A stretch of 64,000 bases of DNA. Source: Pelagomonas calceolata (Eukaryota). Below the pieces are notes generated by a model. It saw nothing but the letters and a program-made list of their open reading frames with translations. It was not told the DNA's origin and searched no databases. The position numbers were made by a program, and so were the translations under genes. The DNA is taken from assembly GCA_918797485.1 (NCBI GenBank), contig CAKKNE010000002.1:2604001-2668000 (forward strand), written 5' to 3'. Within the stretch, counting starts at the first letter, position 1, and the number at the start of each line of letters is the position of its first letter. Positions 50,334 through 59,831 of the stretch are shown here, piece after piece.

Positions 50334-51803
50334 TTAACACGCCGATACGGCGACGCCCCACCCTTTGCCAGGATCAGCCCAGAACGGATCCACGCCGTCG
50401 ACGTCCACCGCCTTCGCTACGTCAGAGTACGTCTCGAAGGCGGCGCGGAACGTCTTCACCGCGTAGTACACGTCGTCGGCGCCCATGATCTCTCGACAGG
50501 AATGCATCGAGAGCTGCGGCGGGCCGACGTCGACCGTTTTCAAACCTAAACCGGCCGCCGTGATGGGCCCGATCGTCGTGCCGCAGCCGCTGTCGGCCTT
50601 GACGGCGAAGTCTTGCAGCGGGCAGGCCGCCTTCTGCGCGAAGCGACGGATGAGCGCGCACCCCACGGCGTCCGTCGCGTAGCGCTGGTTCGCGTTGTGC
50701 TTGATGACCAGGCCGCCTTGCAACTTCACGGCGTGCTTCGGGTCGTGCCGGTCCGCGTAGTTCGGGTGGAGCCCGTGGGCCATGTCGCTGGAAATCTGAA
50801 AGCTCCTGGCGACGAAGGCGTCGAAGTCAGCACCTCGCAAGCCCTTGTAGGCCCTACGCAGGACGTCTCCAAGAAACGGCGACTGCGCGCCCTGTTGTGA
50901 TAGACTTCCGACCTCCTCGTGGTCGAACATGGCCAAGACCCTCAAAGACGCGTCGCCCTGTAGCGTTTCCAAGGATTCGATCAACGCCGTAGTGCCGCAG
51001 TAGCACGAGCCCTGGTTGTCGAGGCGGCCGCTGCTGACGAATTCGGACCGCGCCCCAATCAGCGCCGCGGGCTGGAAGTCGGCCAGCTGCAGCTCGAGCT
51101 CCAGGATCTCGTCTTCGCCGCATGTCAACGCCTCGGCGGCGAGCTTGACCACGACGTCGTCGTGGCGCTTCGCGACGTCTGATGCAAGAGCGTCCTGGAT
51201 GCCCGTCGCGAGGAGGGGCGGCAGGTGCTGCTGGAGGTTCGGCTTGAAGCTGGACCGCTCGTCGCCCGAAGTTAGATGAATCGCAAGCGTCGGGATGCGG
51301 CAGACGGCCCGATTCAACCGTACCAGCTCCTGCGACACGCGGCCCTTTCGCCTTACTAATGCTCTTCCGACAAGTGTAAGGTCGCGGTCGAACCACGTGT
51401 GCCAGAGGCCGCCGCCGTAGCCTACCACCCCTAACATCGTGTTGCCGCTCTTCTCCAGGCGCGACACGGGCTTGAGCTTGGGGCAGGGCGAGTCCGTGTG
51501 GGCGCCCACACAAATGGCTCCTGATGTTTCGTTGTTGAATTTGCCGCCGACCGCGAAAGCACAAAGGGAGCTGCCGTTCCTTGTCACGATATACTTGCCG
51601 TTCGGTTGCACGGTCCACGCCTTGCGCTCGTCGAGGACCTCGAAGCCGGCTTTGGTTAACCGTGCCGTGACCTCGGCGACACAGTGGAAGGCGCTCTGCG
51701 CGGCGTTCAGGTAGTCGACGACGTCGGCGTCGTATGCGCGCAGCTCTTTGCGCGGCGCGCACTCTTTGCAGGTCTCCGGCGTCGCGGTGCCAGAGGTCGT
51801 CAT
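50334..51803 (-). CDS. DNPEP: Aspartyl aminopeptidase (peptidase M18)
   Basis: GAHTDSP, YGGGLWHTWFDRDL, IPTLAIHL, RLDN, FDHEEVGS, SSDMAH, CGTTIGP, QLSMHSCRE. Confidence 0.95.
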   Translation of the reverse strand: MTTSGTATPETCKECAPRKELRAYDADVVDYLNAAQSAFHCVAEVTARLTKAGFEVLDERKAWTVQPNGKYIVTRNGSSLCAFAVGGKFNNETSGAICVGAHTDSPCPKLKPVSRLEKSGNTMLGVVGYGGGLWHTWFDRDLTLVGRALVRRKGRVSQELVRLNRAVCRIPTLAIHLTSGDERSSFKPNLQQHLPPLLATGIQDALASDVAKRHDDVVVKLAAEALTCGEDEILELELQLADFQPAALIGARSEFVSSGRLDNQGSCYCGTTALIESLETLQGDASLRVLAMFDHEEVGSLSQQGAQSPFLGDVLRRAYKGLRGADFDAFVARSFQISSDMAHGLHPNYADRHDPKHAVKLQGGLVIKHNANQRYATDAVGCALIRRFAQKAACPLQDFAVKADSGCGTTIGPITAAGLGLKTVDVGPPQLSMHSCREIMGADDVYYAVKTFRAAFETYSDVAKAVDVDGVDPFWADPGKGWGVAVSAC

Positions 51804-51936
51804 TTTGCTCGCTGGGAGTGGTTGCTTTTAAAAACTTGGAGTCGACTGCGACGTCGTGAGCTTTTTGTGTACTGTCTCGCGTCAGTGGTCTATTTAGCGC
51901 CCTGGCGGTCTGCTGTGCCCGGATGGCCTTGCAAAT

Positions 51937-51957
51937 CTAGCGTGTCTAAGACGCTAG
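51937..51957 (-). promoter_or_regulatory. CTAG dyad element (rc CTG-CTAG-CGTCTTAGACACG-CTAG)
   Basis: Midway between divergent ATGs 51803 and 52071. Confidence 0.7.
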
Positions 51958-52070
51958 CAGGAGCTCAAAAAAACGTAAGCTCTCAGTCACGCGTTCAAGC
52001 CATCACGCGTGCAACTCTCTCGATGTGCACACGCTGCCGCTGCCAGTAACCAGTGCAGATGTGAAGCATC

Positions 52071-53627
52071 ATGAGACGCATCGCACTCTCTGCACTCATA
52101 AGCCTGCGCCAGGCACGCAGCCTCTCGATCCTGCAGCGCGGTGCGCACCATGCAGTGGTGCGAGGTGTCCTGGACCGCAGCGACGTCGACGCGATACGAC
52201 GGCAGGCGGGACAGGCCGTCGCCGTGAGCACGGACGGCCGCGCGTCACACGTCAATTGCTTCGACCTTCACGAATTGCCGGACGTTTTGAAACGGCTTCA
52301 GGAAGCGATCGGTGTCGTCACGGAGGACCGCTCGTGGCCACCGCTCGCCGAGGACTTCCAGATGTGCGACGCGCAGCATTGTGTTTATAGCACTGGCGGA
52401 CATTTCGACTGGCACCTCGACGACGAGTCGGACGGGGCGCAAGGCTTTCGTCGGCTGTCGGCAGTGGTGCTCATGTCCGACAGTGGTGAATTTGAAGGCG
52501 GCGCGTTCTGCGTGGATCGCTCGGAAGCGTCGGCGTTGCCCCTCGCGAACTGTGGAGACGCGGTAATTTTCCAGGGCGAGCACCTCTGGCACCGCGTCGG
52601 CGCCGTCACGGCGGGCCGCCGCGAGACGCTCGTGCTTGGCACGTTTGATCGAGCGAAACGGACTGTCCGGTTCGCCACGACTGGGTCGGCGGAGGAGACA
52701 ATTCGCGTGCCTGTCGTCTCGAAGATCCGAGGACTTCTGCCGGCCGTCGAGCGCGAGCTAGACGCGTACGCGCTGCCGCCAGTAGACCTGGTGGAGTCCT
52801 CTGGCGACGACGCCGCGTGGCGAGATGCGCACGTCGCGTTGGCGGATCCAGGGGTCATCGCCGGAAAGCTGGATGGCGCCGAGAACCTGGAGTGGCTCCA
52901 GTCGACGTGGGCGGGGACAAACGCGTTGATGGAAGGCCGTAGAGACTTTCGCTGCACGAAACTCTCGGGCTGCTTTGGACCTTTGATTAGCGAGTACGTT
53001 TTTGCCCATCTTTTGGGCAACAGTGCGGGGTCGCGACTCCTGCGGTCGGCACGAGGGTGGGCCCAGAAGGAATTCATAGAGGTGGCACGGCCGCTCAAGC
53101 GCCAGACTCTTGGCGTCCTTGGGACGGGTGACATTGGGACACATGTGGCCGGCGTGGCGAAGGCGTTCGGAATGGAGACGCTTGGCCTCGCGCGAGACGA
53201 AGCTCCAAGGACCAACTTCGACGACACAACCCGAGACGTCGACGAGGTCCTGCGCCAGAGCGACGTGGTTCTCTCCGCGCTGCCCTCGACGCCGGCGACG
53301 CGCGGGCTGCTCGACGGCAGCAGATTACGTGCGTGTACGAAGCGGCCGGTGCTCATCAACGTGGGCCGCGGCGACCTCGTAAGTGCGGCGAGCGTCGTCG
53401 AGGCGCTGGACAATGGCTGGATAGGTGAGGCCGCCTTGGACGTTTTCGAGGTCGAGCCCCTCCCGGCTGATTCACCGCTCTGGGCACGCGACGATTGCTA
53501 CGTGACGCCCCACGTGGCGGCGCTGAGCCGCCCGGAGGACGTTGCGACGGTGTTTGTCGCGAATTTGGACCGGTATTTTCGCGGCGAGCCGCTGCTGTAC
53601 GAGGTGGACTGGGGGAAGGGGTATTAA
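52071..53627 (+). CDS. Fusion: 2OG-Fe(II) oxygenase (prolyl-hydroxylase/PKHD-like) + D-isomer-specific 2-hydroxyacid dehydrogenase (GhrA-like)
   Basis: Y..GGHFDWHLD, RRLSAVV, FEGG, GDAVIF, WHRV.AVTAGRRETLV; then WLQSTWAG, GVLGTGDIG, LPSTPAT, INVGRG, LDVFEVEPLP..SPLW, VTPHVA. Confidence 0.88.
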   Translation: MRRIALSALISLRQARSLSILQRGAHHAVVRGVLDRSDVDAIRRQAGQAVAVSTDGRASHVNCFDLHELPDVLKRLQEAIGVVTEDRSWPPLAEDFQMCDAQHCVYSTGGHFDWHLDDESDGAQGFRRLSAVVLMSDSGEFEGGAFCVDRSEASALPLANCGDAVIFQGEHLWHRVGAVTAGRRETLVLGTFDRAKRTVRFATTGSAEETIRVPVVSKIRGLLPAVERELDAYALPPVDLVESSGDDAAWRDAHVALADPGVIAGKLDGAENLEWLQSTWAGTNALMEGRRDFRCTKLSGCFGPLISEYVFAHLLGNSAGSRLLRSARGWAQKEFIEVARPLKRQTLGVLGTGDIGTHVAGVAKAFGMETLGLARDEAPRTNFDDTTRDVDEVLRQSDVVLSALPSTPATRGLLDGSRLRACTKRPVLINVGRGDLVSAASVVEALDNGWIGEAALDVFEVEPLPADSPLWARDDCYVTPHVAALSRPEDVATVFVANLDRYFRGEPLLYEVDWGKGY

Positions 53628-53657
53628 TTTGTGGTTTGTGTGATGCCGTCGGCGGGA

Positions 53658-53678
53658 CTGCGTCTGCTCGATGGCGTG
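53658..53678 (-). repeat. Intergenic copy of the introner-like core (rc CACGCCATCGAGCAGACGCAG)
   Basis: 20/21 identical to 6080-6100 inside the channel intron. Confidence 0.75.
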
Positions 53679-53692
53679 GGCGCTGACCGGAG

Positions 53693-53738
53693 GCCTAATC
53701 ACGCAAAAAAGAGAGATTGCCTAATCACGCAAAAAAGA
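53693..53738 (+). repeat. Perfect 20-bp direct repeat GCCTAATCACGCAAAAAAGA x2
   Basis: Copies at 53693-53712 and 53719-53738. Confidence 0.9.
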
Positions 53739-53974
53739 TGCGAGAAAAACCCGTTTTTTTGTGGCGCGGCGCGTGACTTTTTTGGCGGCTAGTTTAAATT
53801 GTGCACCACAGCCCGGCCACACGGCTTCAAAAATAAACAGCAGTAGCCTCACTGAGCAGCGCTGTGCAGTTTCGCTCAACGAGAACGACTCTGCACACAG
53901 GGGTAACCCCCAGCTTACCAGCAGCCTCCCGCGCCAGCAGCCGTACGCAAGAGCCGCAGCGGTACGCAGACACG

Positions 53975-54367
53975 ATGGCCGAGATAATCAAGAAGAAGAA
54001 GAAGCAAACGAAACTCAAGGACGACAGCGAGAGCGAGGAGGAGGATTTGGACTTCGTTGTCGCCGACTCCGACGACGGCTCGAGGGACGGCGACGACGAC
54101 CTGGACCGCGCCGAGGGCAAGCGCAAGCGCGACTCGTCGAGCGACGAGGACTCGAGCGACAGCGATAGTGACAGCGACGACGACGACGACATCGACCACG
54201 TCATGTCGAAGGACGAGGTCGCGGCGCTCAAGAAGGACCAGGGCAACGTCATCCCGCGCGCGAAGCGGCGCGCGGCGCTCGCGTCGGGGATTGGCGACGC
54301 GTCCGCGCTCGAGGCCATCCAGCAGGCGAAGCCGGATTCCGACGAGGAGGCGGAGTTCGAGTTCTAG
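53975..54367 (+). CDS. Small acidic low-complexity protein with NLS-like basic clusters
   Basis: MAEIIKKKKKQ, D/E/S-rich tracts, KRKR; GC3-rich codons. Confidence 0.7.
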   Translation: MAEIIKKKKKQTKLKDDSESEEEDLDFVVADSDDGSRDGDDDLDRAEGKRKRDSSSDEDSSDSDSDSDDDDDIDHVMSKDEVAALKKDQGNVIPRAKRRAALASGIGDASALEAIQQAKPDSDEEAEFEF

Positions 54368-54380
54368 AGTAGATAAAACT

Positions 54381-55202
54381 TTAGCATATCGCGTTGACCC
54401 CGTCGTCGCCCCCCTCGGCCGACCCGCCGGCGCGGAGCCAGCGCATCAGCCCGGAGAACGCGCCCTCGCTCCGCGGTTTCGCGCCGACGACGCCGAAACC
54501 GTCGACGAGCGCGACGAGGTCGAGCGCGTCGGGCGACGGCCCCGCGCCTCTCACCAGATACTGCTCCGTCCTTCGTAGTACGGCAGCGACGGCGACTCTT
54601 CCCGGGTCCGCGCACGGCCGCGGGAGCCTCAGCGCCAGCAATGCGACGCCGTGGCCGATGATGCCATCGACGCGGAGCGCGCCCGCGATGGTACATAAAG
54701 CGCAGCACGTCGGCGGCAGCCTTCTCCTTACCGCCGCCCGTAATTCGGGCAGTTGCAGGCGCCAGGGCCGCGCGGCCAGCACCACCACGACGTCCGGTGG
54801 CCCGGCGAGCGACGCCACCGCCCGGCGCGCCAATTCCGCCCCCACGGACTCGGCCGGGTCGCCCGAGCGGTAGTCCTCGGCCTCGTGTTCGGTACAATTC
54901 TTTGAACAGTAGGCAAAGCCCTCGTGGCGCGCGGCGTCGACGGCCGCGACGTTCGCCGCGAGCGCCCGTAAGCTGCGCACCGTCGTCGACAAAGCTAGTG
55001 TAGACCGCAGGTCGCAGAATTCGAGCACCGCCGCCCAGACGCCGTTCAGGGGCTCGGGCGGCGTCTCGGCCGCCTTCGTGTCGACCGTCAGAGCGTAGGT
55101 CGGCGACCGCCACAAGCGAGCGCGGTCGTCGGCGGCGCCCCACGTTAAAGACGGGTCGTCCGGAACGTAGTGCCACTTTCTGGGGTTGTAGTGGAGGCGC
55201 AT
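54381..55202 (-). CDS. F-box-like + FIST-N-like protein (FBXO22-type architecture, apparently truncated)
   Basis: LNGVWAAVLEFCDLRSTLALSTTVRSLR (F-box-like); AVASLAGPPDVVVVLA...RRLPP..., GIIG, GVALLAL (FIST-N-like). Confidence 0.45.
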   Translation of the reverse strand: MRLHYNPRKWHYVPDDPSLTWGAADDRARLWRSPTYALTVDTKAAETPPEPLNGVWAAVLEFCDLRSTLALSTTVRSLRALAANVAAVDAARHEGFAYCSKNCTEHEAEDYRSGDPAESVGAELARRAVASLAGPPDVVVVLAARPWRLQLPELRAAVRRRLPPTCCALCTIAGALRVDGIIGHGVALLALRLPRPCADPGRVAVAAVLRRTEQYLVRGAGPSPDALDLVALVDGFGVVGAKPRSEGAFSGLMRWLRAGGSAEGGDDGVNAIC

Positions 55203-55470
55203 TTTTTATAATGATGCGTCGCGTCGATGGCGTAAGAGCTATCCCGACCTCGATATACGATAGGTCAGGCGCTGCGCCGCTTCACGCGCAACAAGACTGG
55301 AATTTAGCAGGGAGAGCTAATCCAGCTGTGAGAGCACGCTACGTGCGAGGAAGCTTGAGATGCGGCCGTTGCTGCAGGTATACTGTACCCAGCAAGACTT
55401 TTGGCACAGTTATCACCTTCGCACAGCAAGTAACGAGACAGCCAGTGGACGCGTGCTTGCCAGCTGGCGG

Positions 55471-55495
55471 CTAGGGACCTGTAAAGACATACTAG
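55471..55495 (-). promoter_or_regulatory. CTAG dyad element, degenerate (rc CTAG-TATGTCTTTACAGGTCC-CTAG-C)
   Basis: 17-bp spacer but retains TGTCTT(T)ACAGG; between divergent 55202 and 55621. Confidence 0.5.
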
Positions 55496-55620
55496 TCAAA
55501 CTAGCCTGAGCCTAAGGCTTTGGAAAGCGCCATGGCTGCGCCTATCGTGCGGGGATCTCGGACAATGTAAGGCTCTACTTATACTCGCGCGCGGCGGCGG
55601 CGAGCGGCGGCGCGGCGCGC

Positions 55621-56022
55621 ATGCGAGCGGGCGAGCGAGCGAGGGCTGACGCGATGACGGAAGCAGCCAATAGCCTTGCGGCGGCCCTTAGTCGTCTGCG
55701 GCGCTTCGAAGAAGCGAGGTCGCTGCTACGTAACACGATCCCCCTGGCGCAACGCGTTGTTGGTCACCCTATTGTTGGTGAGGATAGAGAACTCACCCTT
55801 ATAATGAAACTTACATACGCGAAGTGCCTCTACAAAGACGACGGCGCCACGCTCGACGATCTCCGCGAGGCCGTGAACACGCTCGAGGACACGGAACGGA
55901 CTGCGCGGCGCGTGCTCGGTGCCGCGCATCCTCTCGTGCAAAATCATATTGGTCGCTCCCTGGGAGAGTCGCGAGCCACGCTCCGCGCCCGCGAGACGCC
56001 GTCGCCAGCGGAGAGTGCGTAA
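55621..56022 (+). pseudogene. Isolated C-terminal TPR-like helical module, probable 5'-truncated member of a larger gene family
   Basis: AANSLA..L..L.RFEEARSLLR...AQRVVG and LEDTERTARRVLGAAHP are kinesin-light-chain-TPR-like; preceded by GC low-complexity sequence rather than a normal N-terminus. Confidence 0.5.
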
Positions 56023-56067
56023 GTTGTAAGCTTTCCCAGCGCCGGGTCAAGATTAAATTCACATATA

Positions 56068-59000
56068 TCAATTACCCAAATGGTACGAGTTCCCCTTCGA
56101 CGACTTCGACCACGAGTACGTGTCCGACCCGCCGGACGTGTGCGACATGTACGTCGCCGAGTCCATTTCCAACAACCTTTGTTCTTCCTCCTCGGCTTTG
56201 ATGCGGTAGTGTTGCGTGGTTAAGTGGCGGTATTCCGAGATGGGCTGTTTGCCGTCTTTCCGCTCCATGGCCTCGAGGACGTCGCGCTGTCGTCGCCGCT
56301 GCCTCCTTTCCTCGATGACGGTCATGAGGACCTGCGTCTCCCGTTGCGTCTTGTCGACTAACTCCGTAGAAGAAAAGGTCTCGGACGTCGTCAGCTCCTG
56401 GGACGTCACCAACTGCTTCAGTGCGACAACTTGATCTTCGTCAGGGCCCTTCAGGGCCCGACCACGAGCGAGCCGCTGCAGTTCCTTCGCTACATAAGAG
56501 GGCTTTGTCGTAATTGAGGACCTTCTGACCGACGCCCTTCGTAAAACTCGATCCTCCTCCTCCTGCCTGCGCCGCTCCGCCTCGAGGGCCAATCCCGTAT
56601 CCTCCAGCTTCTTCAAATCAGCCTCACCAGACTTAGGATCGCCGCCTCGAAGGACCTTAAAGGACATATCATCAACAGCTCGTTTCCCCTCCTTCTCCAG
56701 GACCTTGGCTAGCTCCCCATCATAACACTTCCGACATAGCTTTCGTTTGGTATCATTGCAGTGCAATTCGCAAAAGGCGTCGTCACAAACCTCACAAAAC
56801 ACGGTACCCCGAGGCCTCGTCCACATCATGTCCTGCGAGCACGGGTTGTAGTAGTAGGGAGTTTGCGTTTCGTCCTCGAGCCGCACCCATTCATCGTCGA
56901 CCTTCAGATCGTAGGCGCCGAGCGCGTAGGGCTTGCGCCACGTGATTTCCCTCGTCAACTTATCTCGGTAGAAGTAGCATGTGTGCTCGGCGTCGTATCG
57001 CTTTTCAAACCGCGCATAAGCTCGTCGTCGCAGCTCCACGCGAGATTCATGCAGAGCTCGAATCCTTTGAATCTTCAGCGCCGAAATGTTCTGCATCCGG
57101 ACCCTATCTTTCTCCTTTTCGGCGCGCGCCTCGGCTTCCGCTTTTTCAATGGCCGCGTAGTGCGCGTCGGCCGCCGCTCGGCGCTCCGCGTCGACCACAA
57201 GCTCTTCATCTTGACATCGCTTCAGTAGAATCTCTTCCAGAGCCATCGCTTCACACTCGGGAATCTCGAGATCATGCCCCTGCTTCCCTGCTCGTTTGAA
57301 CACGATCTGCGTCCGAATCCGCACCTCCTTATTTAGTTTTTTGGCTGTACGTCTTTCCTCAGTGGTCTCCGGAGACAGGCGACACCACTCCAAGTGCTTT
57401 CGCAATGCCGCGACTCGCTCAATTTTCACGCGTTCCCACTTCTGGATCCAGCCCGCGATCCTTTCATCATCGAGCATTTCCTGGAGCTTCTTGGCCCGTT
57501 CCTCCTTCTCGAGCTCCGCCTCGTGTTCTTTCCTTCTCCTAAACCTCAAGATCTTGGCCTGTTGCGCGGCATCAAATCCTTCCATCAGCGTACTTTGGAG
57601 GTACTCCTCCTTGCGTTGCCGGTAGTACTCGCTGATGGCGTTCTGGTAGACGCGTTTCTTCCGCAGGTTCTCTTCGTAGAGGCGGTCCATGTCCCTCGCG
57701 GCGGCCGCTTTTGCTGCGGTGTCGTCTCGCGCTTGTTGTACTTCTCTTCTAGCCTTTCTCGCTCGGAACGCTCCTTGAAGAAATCGCGCGACGGCGATTT
57801 CTTGGCGCTTCGCCCACAAGGCGCGCCGTTCTTTCAACTTTCTCACTTCCTTATCGAGCTTCTCTTCCAACCTCCAGAGCGTGATTCTCCGAGCCCGAAG
57901 ACCGCGCGTATGCCTCGCTATTTCCGTCGCCGCCCAGTGCCTTCGTCTTTTCTCCCTAAGGTACTCGTTCTGCAGCAGCCACCGTCTCGCTCGGCACTGG
58001 ATGCCCGTCACAAGTAAATGGATCCGCAGCACCCATCTAGCTTCCAACCTGCCCAAGAAACCTCTTCCCACCCTTTGTAACTCATGCGCCCGCACCTCGA
58101 TCAGCGCTTCCCGCCGCCACTTCACAAAAGAATAGGAGCACCTGATGCAAATACAGCGCTTGATGCCGCGTAGCGTAAACAATTTGATCCTTCTGATGCG
58201 TTGCGCCACCTCCCGCCACTTGAGAAAACGTCGCCGCTGTCGAAACGGGTGCGTGATGGCGAACTGCGTCGCCTCGAAGTCGTGCCTCTGGACCAGTCGC
58301 GCTCGCTTGATCTCCGTGGCGATCATCGGGTGGTACTGCTCATCTTCGATCGCGTAGGTCCACGTCCGCACGTCTTTCAGACCAAACGGTGTCGAACCTT
58401 CCATCAGACGTTTCAGGGGTGGGGCGCTTATGAGGCGCTCGAACAACGGCCTGGTAAGCTTGATGGCGTCCATCGGCGATGCTGCTTCGCACCCTTCCCT
58501 ATCTAACGCCTTCTTGCCGGACGCTTGCAACATCAGCGCCTGCGTTTCCGCGTCTCTCGTCAACGTACTAGCCTCGACGTCTCCTCTTCTAACTAAACCG
58601 GTCCAGGCGTCATCCACTAATTTGGAGAGCATGGGCCGCATCTCGGCGTGGCCCACGGCGTGTAGTAGATACTTGGCATCCGCAATTCTAGCGTCGAAGG
58701 GCGGTTTACATTTCATGTCGAAGGACCCTTCACTCCCGACTAATGCGAAGCCCCACCGCAGGTGGTCCGCCGGTTCTCGCGTCGGGAAGCAGACGACGTG
58801 CAACATTATGAGGATGTTACGCCAGGGCATCTTATCCGAACCATCCTCGTCGAACGCGTCGAACAAGTTATCCATCAGTTTTTTGGTACCTTGGTCCACG
58901 GCACCCCTTACGGGAGCTAGTTCAAACCCAAAAACTCTCCTCATCACTACTAAGAAGCGGGCGCGCTCGCATAATCTTTTTGGGCAGGATCGATGCAATT

Positions 59001-59292
59001 CCTCATAGAGAGCGCCCTCCCGACCCGCCAAGGAGATGTTCCTGCTCGTCACGAGCTGCTGGAGCTTGAGGACGCACCGCCACCGCTCGTCTTCGAGCAG
59101 CGGTTCCCTTTTTCTTCTATACTCGAGATAGCTGTCGAAGGCGGTCTCCAATGCCCTTTGGTCCTTCGGGCCGAACTGCAGCTCGTACTTCGTGTCGCGC
59201 GCGAGGGACTTGACCGGGGACTTCGAGGGCTGCGTGGCGCCGCACGACCCGCGGCCGCTGAGCTGCGGCAGGGCCACCATACCCTTACCCAT
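56068..59292 (-). CDS. EF-hand + IQ + coiled-coil + 2x WW + B-box-like protein
   Basis: LFDAFDEDGSDKM; LQRVGRGFLGR, IQCRARRW, LQGAFRARKAR; YFYRDKLTREITWRKP, PYYYNPCSQDMMWTRP; CEVC...HC..TKRKLCRKC. Confidence 0.8.
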   Translation of the reverse strand: MGKGMVALPQLSGRGSCGATQPSKSPVKSLARDTKYELQFGPKDQRALETAFDSYLEYRRKREPLLEDERWRCVLKLQQLVTSRNISLAGREGALYEELHRSCPKRLCERARFLVVMRRVFGFELAPVRGAVDQGTKKLMDNLFDAFDEDGSDKMPWRNILIMLHVVCFPTREPADHLRWGFALVGSEGSFDMKCKPPFDARIADAKYLLHAVGHAEMRPMLSKLVDDAWTGLVRRGDVEASTLTRDAETQALMLQASGKKALDREGCEAASPMDAIKLTRPLFERLISAPPLKRLMEGSTPFGLKDVRTWTYAIEDEQYHPMIATEIKRARLVQRHDFEATQFAITHPFRQRRRFLKWREVAQRIRRIKLFTLRGIKRCICIRCSYSFVKWRREALIEVRAHELQRVGRGFLGRLEARWVLRIHLLVTGIQCRARRWLLQNEYLREKRRRHWAATEIARHTRGLRARRITLWRLEEKLDKEVRKLKERRALWAKRQEIAVARFLQGAFRARKARREVQQARDDTAAKAAAARDMDRLYEENLRKKRVYQNAISEYYRQRKEEYLQSTLMEGFDAAQQAKILRFRRRKEHEAELEKEERAKKLQEMLDDERIAGWIQKWERVKIERVAALRKHLEWCRLSPETTEERRTAKKLNKEVRIRTQIVFKRAGKQGHDLEIPECEAMALEEILLKRCQDEELVVDAERRAAADAHYAAIEKAEAEARAEKEKDRVRMQNISALKIQRIRALHESRVELRRRAYARFEKRYDAEHTCYFYRDKLTREITWRKPYALGAYDLKVDDEWVRLEDETQTPYYYNPCSQDMMWTRPRGTVFCEVCDDAFCELHCNDTKRKLCRKCYDGELAKVLEKEGKRAVDDMSFKVLRGGDPKSGEADLKKLEDTGLALEAERRRQEEEDRVLRRASVRRSSITTKPSYVAKELQRLARGRALKGPDEDQVVALKQLVTSQELTTSETFSSTELVDKTQRETQVLMTVIEERRQRRRQRDVLEAMERKDGKQPISEYRHLTTQHYRIKAEEEEQRLLEMDSATYMSHTSGGSDTYSWSKSSKGNSYHLGN

Positions 59293-59549
59293 GGGTGTAG
59301 GGGCTGCCCGCGGCTTGTATGAGCGTCGAGGCCGGACGGAGGCTACCGTAGTATTGTTAGCATGGTCCTGGCCGGCCTTTAGGCGTGCTTGGCCCCGCAC
59401 CGGGCGCGCTAAGGCCCTGGTTTTTGACAGCGCCCTTGGTTGGCAAAACCAGGCTTACCCCGCACGCAGCTTGCGGAGTGCTCGCGCGCCGAGGCCTCCT
59501 GGGCAGGGGTCTACGCACGGCGCTTCGACAAGATCGGCAAAAAAATGCG

Positions 59550-59572
59550 CTAGCGCCTGTAAGACACACTAG
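59550..59572 (-). promoter_or_regulatory. CTAG dyad element (rc TTG-CTAG-TGTGTCTTACAGGCG-CTAG-C)
   Basis: About 260 bp from each divergent ATG (59292, 59832); adjacent A-tract. Confidence 0.75.
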
Positions 59573-59831
59573 CAAAGCCCTCCACCCGCCGGCCGGTGCG
59601 CTGAGGCTTAATCTATCCTCCCAGGCCCCGCTCTGCACGCGGGTATATTTTTTGCCATCTCTCGCCGCCAGCCCGGGCCAGACGCCTGCGCCGCGCCGCT
59701 CGCCAGCTGCAGCTGCACCTAGAGGCGCCCGGCCAAAAAAGAAAGAACCCCCGGGACGCCGCCCCGGGCGCGCCACGGAGCGCCGCCGCGGCCGCCGCGC
59801 CCCACTGCTCCGAACAAAACACCAGAACACC

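Noticed and set aside
53975..54367. Chz1-like histone chaperone motif in GNVIPRAKRR
   Set aside because: Similarity is too short and in a low-complexity context
59385..59831. Long N-terminal ORF extensions (CK1 59385, myosin 42124, PDI-like 16861, SBDS 39683, cofilin 906)
   Set aside because: They start at non-preferred codons or cross promoter DNA; homology begins at the downstream ATG
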